Origin: Octopus bimaculoides
Taxonomy: Eukaryota
DNA length: 55,492 bases
Reading direction: 5' to 3'
Assembly: GCF_001194135.2 (NCBI RefSeq)
Contig: NC_068999.1
Span: 33,102,412 to 33,157,903, forward strand
This document shows, piece by piece, positions 25,934 through 36,325 of this stretch. Under the pieces are notes generated by a model, which worked only from the letters and a program-made list of their open reading frames with translations, was not told the DNA's origin and did not search any database. Within the stretch, counting starts at the first letter, position 1, and each line of letters opens with the position of its first letter. The position numbers and the translations under genes were made by a program.

Positions 25934-27429
25934 TAATTACGTAATTTGTGAGACATTCCAGAGATTCTCCATCTGAGATTCTTTAAATGTATAAAAGCAG
26001 ACACACACACACTCATACACTAACAGCTAAGCACTAAAGAGATACATTCACATAAAACATAAGTGCTGGTATATACATCTACAAATATACACACACTTAC
26101 TCAACTACATATTTACAAACCCAAGGAACTGTTTTATGTCAAAAAGTCTTGTTACTTTGCTAGTGACCAGCTTGTACTCCATTAAGAACTTAAATAAATC
26201 TCAAACAAAAGCATGCATACATATGACCAAATGTGCCTAATGCAACACTAATGCCTGTTGCCTACAGAAGCATACAGACCAACAAAGAGATGTATATATG
26301 TCTATACAAGTGAATTGCTAAAAACTTCAGTATTCAACAGGCAGCCATGAGAATCATTCCTAAAGCTGAGTTTAAAGGAAACAATGGCTTATTGAAGGAG
26401 AAAAAAATTTAGGACTCCAAGCAATTAGACTTTGGTTATAGTAGAGAAATGGAAACCAAAGTGAATTTTTAAGAAACACAACTTTTTTTAATATTTTTTA
26501 AATTTGTTTACTTAATAAAAACCCTAATTGAAAGCTTAAGATGGATTTTCAGAATTCACAAACGCAAGCACATGTATTGTTACTCCACCACCATCATCAC
26601 TACCTGAAAATTTCTTTGAATTTGTTTGTTTTAAACATNNNNNNNNNNNNNNNNNNNNNNNNNNNNNNNNNNNNNNNNNNNNNNNNNNNNNNNNNNNNNN
26701 NNNNNNNNNNNNNNNNNNNNNNNNNNNNNNNNNNNNNNNNNNNNNNNNNNTTCTCCATTTTATAGTACACAACCAACAGTAACATCTTTAATTTTGACCT
26801 TTTTTTGTATTGTTTTTCTTAATTCTGTTTAGAATATAAGAAAATATAATTCTACGAAAAAAAAAAATTTGCAAAATCAATATTTTGTTACAAGAATAAT
26901 TATTTTGAAACAGAGAAACTTTAGTTATATCAACAAATTTAGGAAATATTTCTAGTAAGCAGCAACTAAAATAATTACTTAAAAAAAACCCAAAGAAATC
27001 TGATTTAAAATAAGAACATAGTTAATCGGTTTTTACATTTTCCAGAGAACATTGTTTGTGCACACCCCACAAACTATAATCTTCTAATATTTCGTGAATG
27101 AACATTTCTATCGAACAGGAAGACAAAATTTAATAAGGTACTTTGCTGTTAGATCCTTTATGCAAACATTATAACAGCAAAACTCAGAATCCATTTCATT
27201 TTCAGAATATATTGTTAATAACAGATAATCAACAACTTCAAGACATGCCATTACAACAAAAAATGGAAAGAACACTGATAGACAAGTACACATGCTTAAT
27301 TTGTGAAGCAAACATCACTGTGCCTGACACAGTGGGAGAGAAACTTATTAATCCTATGAGCAAAACGTCACATCATAGTTTCTTTACAATTCAGTAATCA
27401 ACATCATCCATGTCATATAACTGGTACCT

Positions 27430-27625
27430 GTGCTGGTAGCACGTAAAGGGCACCCATTAGACTCTTGAAGTGGTTGGCATTAGGAAGAGCATCCAGGTGT
27501 AGAAACCATGCCAAATCAAATTAGAACCTGGTGTAGCCCTACAGCTTATCAGTTTCAGTCAAACCATCTAACCCATGCCAGCATGAAAAGCAGATGTTAA
27601 ATGATGACGATGATAATGATGATGA
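27430..27625 (+). mobile_element. RTE 3' tail fragment
   Basis: GGTTGGCATTAGGAAGAGCATCC...CCCATGCCAGCATG...GATGATGAT. Confidence 0.75.
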
Positions 27626-29025
27626 TTTTCCATGCTTGCTGTGTACCCTTCCTGTCACCACTCCTCACCCGCTTCCAAAATAGGTAATATTTCTTCATGC
27701 AATGTGACCACTAAACACCATCCACAGTTCCATCAGCGGGCTAAGATGGTTGTGATGACCAACCAGCAAACCGACATGGCTGTCTCCTTGGTGATTTGGC
27801 TTACAAAGCTGGAGAGCTTTACCTACCCTGGAGTTGCCAGAACTGAGTCAAAGAGGGCACTGAGGGATGCCACTCCTTGATTTACTGTCAAGCTTGAATC
27901 CCCTCACTCTTTTCCTTTCGTGAGGTACTCACAAGACAGTGAGGCTTTGTGCAGGGAGTTTCTTCCATAACATGCTAATTAACCCATAACTGGGACACTG
28001 ACAGATGCTATTTCTCTAGGTCAGAGTTGAACTGAGAACAATAATCACTAAGATGTGGTTCCACACTTGTCAAAACCCTGAAATTCCTGAGCCACCCACT
28101 TCCCCCACTCCTGACTGGCTGCAGTTTAAAATTATATCTGGGTATGACTTATAGTATTTACTTACTGATAGCAAACCAAAATATACATAGATTAGAATCG
28201 AGTCCCTAAACTCATGCAGCCTCTTGGCAACTGCTTGGTGTACCCATACCTTATAACAGCACAGTACACATGTTTTTATATTGCAATTGTGTTTAGTGGT
28301 TGCATCGCTAAAAACATGTTTAAAATGTTGCTATTGCAACATAAAACTCGGAAAGAAAAATATTTCTAAATTATAAAAACAAAAGAAAAAAATGTTGAGA
28401 GTTTATCATTTAAGAACTTGTATCATTTTCTACAGACAACATGACAAACAGGATACTACGTAGATAGTAATAGAAAATTTATTAAGTTTTGAAAAGAAGG
28501 GATCTCAAGTTTCCCAAATTTAATTCATATCATTGTAATGTCTGTATGTTCTGTGAAAAGCCAACTAAAATGCAAAAAGGGTTATTAATCTAGTATTAAA
28601 AAGTGTAAATTTGATCAGATCAAGCCTTTCAAGTGCTACCTAGTAAGACATTTTTCTAGAAAACACCAGTTCTAATGGAATTTCTCTACAACATACTGAA
28701 GGTTGTAATTAAATATAGGAAAGGTGTTAAAAAGATTCTTTAAGCTTTTACCTGTAATCAAATCTTTATTGACTGAAAGAGGTGATAGCAAGTGGGGAAA
28801 TTAATGATATAAACTAGTTATTAGATTTAATTTTGTAACAGATGTGGTAATAATGTTAAACTAAACATCTGTTCACAAGGTGAACATATAAATGTAATGT
28901 AGATAATAAGTTTTGCAAATACTTTCAAAACAAAATTTCAGTCATTTTCTGATTTAAAAAACAACAAAACAACTAAACAAATGAAATTACCATACATATA
29001 ACAATTGAACAGTTATTTTTTTTTA

Positions 29026-29064
<39 letters not shown>

Positions 29065-29089
29065 GTAGTAGTAGTAGTAGTAGTAGTAA

Positions 29090-29506
29090 GGTAGCAAGCT
29101 GGCAGAATCATTAGCACACCAGGCAAAATGCTTAGTGGCATTTCATCTAACTTTATGTTCTGAGTTCAAATTCCACCAAGGTTGACTTTGGCTTTTATCC
29201 TCTTGGGGTTTGTGAAATAAGTACCAGTAAAGCACTGGGATCAATGTAATCAACTTATCCTCTCCCCTAAAATTGCTGGCCTTATGCTAAAATTTGAAAT
29301 CATTGACAGAATTGTTAGCACACCAGGCAAAACTCTTAGCAGCATTTCATCCATCTTTACATTCTGAGTTCAAATTCCACTGAGGTCAACTTTGCTTTTA
29401 TCCTTTCAGGGCCAATGAAATAAGTATCAGTTATGCACTGGAGTTGATGTAATCAACTTAGTCCCTTCACCAAAAAATTTCAGGCCTTGTGCCTTTAGTA
29501 GAAAGA

Positions 29507-29545
<39 letters not shown>

Positions 29546-29546
29546 G
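29090..29546 (+). mobile_element. Two tandem family B SINEs between (ATT)n/(AGT)n tracts
   Basis: Heads at about 29090 and 29305; (ATT)n tail to about 29546. Confidence 0.8.
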
Positions 29547-30499
29547 GTATCTCAAGTCGTCATCATGTAGTTTTTGCTCTGTAAATTTTGTTGATGTTCA
29601 CTTGTTTGCATAACATTCTTTAACATTTTTGCAACAAACTGTAAACAGAGTGCCATACATTGCCCACTGAAAAGGTGACCCCATGCCCATAACTAAGTGG
29701 ACAGCACTGCCCCCCTCACTATTAAATGGTGCACCCTTAGTTTTAGAAAATACAGTTTACAAAAATTTTCCTGCAATATATTTCTTGAAGCCTGACTAAC
29801 TTTTTTCATCTTAAACCAGAGCAAAAGATAATTTTAAAACAATAAACCAGATGAACCAAAGAGACTGGTCAAAAATTCTCCAGGGAAATCATAAAATTGA
29901 AGAAGAGATACTGAATGAAAGAAAAAAATTATTTGGAAATTATAAACAGAAACAAATGGCAGATTCAGACTGTCTGTATTCTAAAATTATGATTAAAAAA
30001 AATTTTTTATAGAGCCAAAATTTTAGGATTTACGGGTGGCGGTGGGGGTGGATGTGTGAATTAATTAAAAAATATGTTTTGCATAATTATACGAGATACA
30101 GCATGTAGAACACAAATTGGCAATAATTTTCTGAAAATACCAAAACATGACAAAATTATGGTGTGCTTCAATCAGAAGTCTACCAATTGATGAAATTGTC
30201 ACATAATTTTACAGTTATACTTTTTCTAACCTTCACTTGAACATTATTACAAATTAGTGCCCATCCAGAATGTTCTGAAATACTCCCAGGCACCAAAGTC
30301 TGGTGATGTGCCTGTTTGGGCCATAGGCCCAAATACTGCAATTCTAGTTTCAAAGTTCACCCATAAAAATCCTAAAAAAAGAAAAGAAGAAAGGAAGCAA
30401 ACAGCCCCCTCCCTCCCCTTTCAGAGAACAGAAGAATGAAAACAATAATCCACATGGAAAAAAAACATGCAAATTTCTGTCAATAACAGCCAGCGACAT

Positions 30500-31385
30500 A
30501 TAAATAAGAATACAAAGCTGGCTCTTTATAAATCATTTGTCTTACCATCCTTATTGTATTCCTGTGAAACTTGGACTACTTATGAAAGGCATTTTAAATT
30601 GTTAGAACAATTCCACCAAAAATGCCTTCATCACATTTAAAAAATTAAATGGAGTTCTTTTACTCTAAACTCAGATGTCCTTGCATCTGCAGGCATCTCA
30701 ACAATTAAAGCTATGATTTTGAGGAACCAAATGAGATGGTGTGACCATATTGTTCGAATGGTAGATGAACGCATGCTGAAACAACTGTTTTATAGTGAGT
30801 TTGCAGAGGGAAATGCTAGGTTTAAGGATGGCATAAGGATTACTATGAAGTCACTTGGAATGGATCCAAAAGACATAGAAATCCTTGCTTCAGATCGAGT
30901 TGGATGGTGAACAAAAGTGAGGAGTGGAGTGAAAGCATTTGAAGAGGCCAGGGTAATGTATGTAAGACTCAAAAGAGATCTAAGGAACAATGTCCTGATG
31001 GAGAAGGTGAATGACAATGACTTTTTTGTGTGCACAGTTTGTGACAGACCATGCTTGACTTTTACTGGGCTCAGATCTCATCTGCCAACCCATGGAAAAT
31101 GAACCGACACCAATTATCCTGCCTATATGTCTGTGCACACCTTTGAATGCAGTGTATGCCAGAAGGTCTGCAAATCTAACAGAGGCCTCAAAAGACATTT
31201 TAAGATCCACAAAGGTCAGAACTTAACTGCAGCTCTTGGTGATCTAAATCGGACGTGCAATCTGTGTGGGTGTCTTTTCGAAACATTGTCTGGTTTAAAA
31301 AGCTACATCAGATGCCATGATGGTGCTAAGGTGTAGGTACAGGAGGTGGTCAAACTCTGCATAAGGAGTAGACAACCACCCTATG
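30500..31385 (+). mobile_element. 5'-truncated RTE (BovB-like) LINE 3' end with three C2H2 zinc fingers
   Basis: LLYSCETWTTYERH..LEQFHQKCL, MRWCDHIVRMVDERMLKQLFYSE. ORFs 30713, 30917 and 31127 share one frame broken by two TGA codons. Fingers at 31031-31093, 31148-31210 and 31256-31318. Confidence 0.88.
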
Positions 31386-31625
31386 TGTGTATGTATATAT
31401 ATATATATATGTATATATATATGTATATATATACATATATATATACATATATATATATATATACATACACACATAGGGTGGTTGTCTACTCCTTATGCAG
31501 AGTTTGACNNNNNNNNNNNNNNNNNNNNNNNNNNNNNNNNNNNNNNNNNNNNNNNNNNNNNNNNNNNNNNNNNNNNNNNNNNNNNNNNNNNNNNNNNNNN
31601 NNNNNNNNNNNNNNNNNNNNNNNNN

Positions 31626-31670
<45 letters not shown>

Positions 31671-31710
31671 ATATACATGTATATAAATGTATAGATATGT
31701 ATATATTTAT

Positions 31711-32383
31711 ATATAAAAAATACAAAAATGGGACAAGAACACAAAACATCCAGACAGACGATACAAAGAAAACAAGGACGGGTCATTCGGAGTTTTCTTT
31801 GCTCACTCGAGTTCCAGTTTATCTTTGCAATTAAACTCGAGATTGCTCCAATCTGGCCAGCCTCAAGGAAAAAGTAAGCTAAGAGTACTAGATTCCCTGG
31901 AAGAAAGCAGCGATTCTCTACGAAACAAGAATGGAAAAAAATGGAGAAATGGTACACAAATACAAATAACAGGGCATTAACAATGGGTGTCTTTTGACTA
32001 AGGACGAATTAAATTAAGCTTGCGTATATGGAAGTAAAGCCTTATGGCAGGGACATAAGATTTGACAGGCACAGGGAGGAATATAGATGCTGCATGGATG
32101 GTAGTTGAACCATGAATGAAAGGTCAGGCTTGGCTGAACACCGGTCACGTGGGGAGAGAAGAGAGAGAGAGGTAGAGGCAGAGGGATAGAAGAATTAAGG
32201 AGGGGCAAGAAAAAATTGAAAGAGACAGAGTGAAGTGAAAGAGGAAGGTGTAACCAGCCGAAATTGCAAAGATAATCTGGAACTTGTCTGAGGAAAGAAA
32301 ACTCCAAATGATCCATCCTTGTTTTCTTTGTATCGCCTGCCTGGATGTTTTGTGTTCTTGTCCCATTTTTGTATTTTTAATAT
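31711..32383 (-). mobile_element. Foldback element with about 122-bp inverted ends; possibly a Penelope-like 3' end with an inverted pLTR piece
   Basis: 31711-31832 is the approximate reverse complement of 32262-32383; CT-rich interior on the minus strand. Classification is inference. Confidence 0.6.
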
Positions 32384-32429
32384 ATAAAAATATAGCGGCA
32401 TACGTACACTTTGGTCTCTTATATGTAAG

Positions 32430-32519
<90 letters not shown>

Positions 32520-32914
32520 CCCTTAGGGGTCAGCCACATTTAAGTGGCAAATATACTTCACTTTGTCGTGCAGTTACTGTTAATACCTCGTTCAGAGATT
32601 TAACATTGCTTGTTTTCACTTTTTCAAGATCAGTGAATAATTTCACTGGAAAAGGCTATGTATATTTGCAAAGAAATATCTTTCGCATTGAAGGTCGGCG
32701 ATTGTCGTACGCTGAGGACGGGAAAATACCCAGAAACTCGAGTCCGTACGTATCGCAGATCAAGATGGGAAAGATAACTTCCCTTTGCAAATATAGACAG
32801 GACACAGATGTGTGTCGATAGCCAGCTGGAGGGGATGTTCTCCTGGGACTAAAAGCAACAGTAACACCCACCCATAGGGTCAGCCACATTTAAGTTGCAA
32901 ATATACTTCACTTT
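32520..32914 (+). mobile_element. 350-bp hammerhead-containing repeat unit (about 1.1 copies; retrozyme-like)
   Basis: GGTCAGCCACATTTAAG recurs at a 350-bp interval (32531 vs 32881), giving about 45-bp terminal redundancy; flanked by TA-rich microsatellite. Confidence 0.75.
32698..32756 (+). ncRNA. Type I hammerhead ribozyme
   Basis: gcgat-tgt-cgtacg CTGAGGA c-ggg-aaaata-ccc-a GAAA ctcgag TC cgtacg-t-atcgc. Core 32712-32718, GAAA 32733-32736, GUC triplet 32742-32744; predicted cut after 32744. Confidence 0.85.
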
Positions 32915-32948
32915 ATATATATTTGTATATGGATATATATGTATGTAT

Positions 32949-33291
32949 AAGCAATGTTAATTCTCTAAATGAAGTATTAACAGTAACTGCACGATAAAGT
33001 GTAGTATATTGCCACTTAAGTGTGGCTGACCCCTAGGGGTGGATGTTACTGTTGCTTTTAGCCCCAGGAGGACATCTCCTCCAGCTGGCTTATCGACACA
33101 CGACTGTGTCCTGTTTGCCAAGGGAAGTTATCCCTCTCACCACGATCTGCAGCACGAACGGATCCGGATTTCAGGGTTATTTCCCTTCGTCGGCGTTTGA
33201 TAGCTGCTGACCTTGGTGAGAGAGACAAAAACCTGGCAATCTTATATCTACTTTTCCAGTGAAATTCTTCACTGATATCGAAAAGGTGAAA
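32949..33291 (-). mobile_element. Diverged, circularly permuted copy of the 350-bp unit, running into a gap
   Basis: On minus it starts mid-unit (TTTCACCTTTTCGATATCAGTG, equivalent to about 32613), crosses the unit junction (CCCCTAGGGGTCAGCC) and ends at AACATTGCTT (equivalent to about 32611). Confidence 0.75.
33149..33207 (-). ncRNA. Type I hammerhead ribozyme (U4C core variant)
   Basis: Minus strand reads gcagc-tatca-aacg CCGACGA aggg-aaataa-ccct GAAA tccgga TC cgtt-cgt-gctgc; AUC triplet at plus 33161-33163. Confidence 0.8.
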
Positions 33292-33780
33292 NNNNNNNNN
33301 NNNNNNNNNNNNNNNNNNNNNNNNNNNNNNNNNNNNNNNNNNNNNNNNNNNNNNNNNNNNNNNNNNNNNNNNNNNNNNNNNNNNNNNNNNNNNNNNNNNN
33401 NNNNNNNNNNNNNNNNNNNNNNNNNNNNNNNNNNNNNNNNNNNNNNNNNNNNNNNNNNNNNNNNNNNNNNNNNNNNNNNNNNNNNNNNNNNNNNNNNNNN
33501 NNNNNNNNNNNNNNNNNNNNNNNNNNNNNNNNNNNNNNNNNNNNNNNNNNNNNNNNNNNNNNNNNNNNNNNNNNNNNNNNNNNNNNNNNNNNNNNNNNNN
33601 NNNNNNNNNNNNNNNNNNNNNNNNNNNNNNNNNNNNNNNNNNNNNNNNNNNNNNNNNNNNNNNNNNNNNCTAAAAGCAACAGTAACACCCACCCATAGGG
33701 TCAGCCACATTTAAGTTGCAAATATACTTCACTTTATATATATTTGTATATGGATATATATGTATGTATGTATATATATG

Positions 33781-34994
33781 ACACTTCCACACTCGTTTGT
33801 CTGGCTGAACTTGTCCTCTCACTCAAATGCTTCTTGTTCGCTGATGATTTTTACCAGCATTTATCGGGAGTGGCCATGGGAACGAGAATGGGCCCCAACT
33901 ATGTGAACCTGTTCGTTGGCTACGTTGAGGCCCAAATATTCTCAAGTTTCACTAGTCCCACTCCCGAACTATATGGCCGTTATATTGACAACTGAATTGG
34001 TGCGACCTCACTCTCCCACGAACATCTAGACTCCTTCCTCTCTTTTGTCCAATCTTTCCATCCTGCCCTCCACTTCTCCTGCTGTATCTCTGAAACCTCT
34101 GTCTCCTTTCTTGACATTTCGGTCAGCATTCATCACTCCACTCTCACCACCTCCATCCACTACAAACACACAGACTTACACTCATACCACAACTTCTCCT
34201 CCTCCCATCCTAAACACACCAAGCTTTCCATCCCCTATTCCCAATTCCTCTGTCTACACAGGCTCTGTAGTGACGATCATGACTGTGAGACTCAATCTCA
34301 ACTCATGGCTCGTCACTTCATCCTACGTGGATATCCTCTCACCACTATCCACACTGCCCTTGCCAGAGCACGTTCCATGGACCATGCATCTGCTCTCTCC
34401 CTGCTCTCCTGCCCACGCTGCTGCACTTGGCCTTACCTCTCCAATACGACCTCCGCACCGGTACCCAGCATCACCGACTCTTTCACCTGCACTTCTACCA
34501 ATGTCATCTACTGCATCTGTTCTCTCTGCCCTTCTCTATACATTGGGCAAACGGGACACCGCTTGGATGACCGGTTTGTGGAACACCTCCAAGACATCCG
34601 ACTCGGCAATGACACCCCAGTCTCACGCCATTTCTGCTCTACCGGTCAATATTTGCAACACCTGTCTGTGTGCGGATTGTCCTTGCACAGGGACCACCCG
34701 GACTCCCGTTTGCGCCGTGAACAGGGATTAATCTTCTTTCTTTGCTCCTTTGCACCACACGGGCTCAACTCTCCTCTCCTCTCTCCTTCTCCTCTCCCCC
34801 CCTCACACCTACTTCCTTCCACCCACCCACCTCTCCTCTCTTGCTCCAACTCCTACTTCTCTTCACTCCTACTCTCCTTCTCTCTTCTCTTCACTCTTAC
34901 CCACCCTCTCCTTCCTCTTCATCGTCACCCCTCCCTCATAACCCAACCCCACCCCTACACAATCCAACCCCACCTTCTCTATCTATCCCATCCC
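33781..34994 (+). mobile_element. 5'-truncated Penelope-like element (RT plus GIY-YIG endonuclease), Neptune-like
   Basis: One frame with one stop (33993-33995): GVAMGTRMGP, RYIDN (from YIDD), FLDISV, HPKHTK..IPYSQF, then SCPRCCTWP, CTSTNVIYCI..C..LYIGQTGHRLDDRFVEHL, SRHF, R..E..LIF...PHGLN; CT-rich tail runs into a gap. Confidence 0.93.
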
Positions 34995-35762
34995 NNNNNN
35001 NNNNNNNNNNNNNNNNNNNNNNNNNNNNNNNNNNNNNNNNNNNNNNNNNNNNNNNNNNNNNNNNNNNNNNNNNNNNNNNNNNNNNNNNNNNNNNNNNNNN
35101 NNNNNNNNNNNNNNNNNNNNNNNNNNNNNNNNNNNNNNNNNNNNNNNNNNNNNNNNNNNNNNNNNNNNNNNNNNNNNNNNNNNNNNNNNNNNNNNNNNNN
35201 NNNNNNNNNNNNNNNNNNNNNNNNNNNNNNNNNNNNNNNNNNNNNNNNNNNNNNNNNNNNNNNNNNNNNNNNNNNNNNNNNNNNNNNNNNNNNNNNNNNN
35301 NNNNNNNNNNNNNNNNNNNNNNNNNNNNNNNNNNNNNNNNNNNNNNNNNNNNNNNNNNNNNNNNNNNNNNNNNNNNNNNNNNNNNNNNNNNNNNNNNNNN
35401 NNNNNNNNNNNNNNNNNNNNNNNNNNNNNNNNNNNNNNNNNNNNNNNNNNNNNNNNNNNNNNNNNNNNNNNNNNNNNNNNNNNNNNNNNNNNNNNNNNNN
35501 NNNNNNNNNNNNNNNNNNNNNNNNNNNNNNNNNNNNNNNNNNNNNNNNNNNNNNNNNNNNNNNNNNNNNNNNNNNNNNNNNNNNNNNNNNNNNNNNNNNN
35601 NNNNNNNNNNNNNNNNNNNNNNNNNNNNNNNNNNNNNNNNNNNNNNNNNNNNNNNNNNNNNNNNNNNNNNNNNNNNNNNNNNNNNNNNNNNNNNNNNNNN
35701 NNNNNNNNNNNNNNNNNNNNNNNNNNNNNNNNNNNNNNNNNNNNNNNNNNNNNNNNNNNNNN

Positions 35763-35811
<49 letters not shown>

Positions 35812-36288
35812 AGAAGCAGATGTACAAAGTGCAGGACAAATGACCATATAAGATTGAAGCTCAGAATTCAAGTCATGTTAAACTTCCTCATCTGTCTGAT
35901 GCAGTTAGTGAGTTAGTGACATATCAATGCTGTTAGGGCCTTTACTAAGTGGGAGGAGCCACAAAGTGTTTAAAAGAATAATCAGAAAGTAGATTGTTAG
36001 TGTTTCAATCATCTTATTATGATCATTTCAGTACCAAAAATCAATAATCAATAATTAGAACATATATTTATAATCAACCACTTTATCATCTATGGCATTG
36101 TAAAAAAGCATGATCTTTCAATATGCCAACTGCTAAGGTGGTTCATTATCAATATAATATGTAGTAATTATGGATTACTGAGAATTGATTAAACGAAACG
36201 GACATAATAGAATAATTGAAACATCAAGAATCTGCTTCCAGGTTCTTTTAAACTCTATTTATATCTATCTCTCTCACACGCATGCACG

Positions 36289-36325
<37 letters not shown>

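Noticed and set aside
32277-32325. CTGAGGA...GAA-like motif in the foldback element arm
   Set aside because: No stem II directly after the core, no intact GAAA, and no stem I pairing; not a credible hammerhead.
33670-33775. Exact repeat of 32850-32945, including the microsatellite, right after a gap
   Set aside because: Identity extending into the microsatellite beside a gap suggests a duplicated contig end; not counted as an independent third unit.
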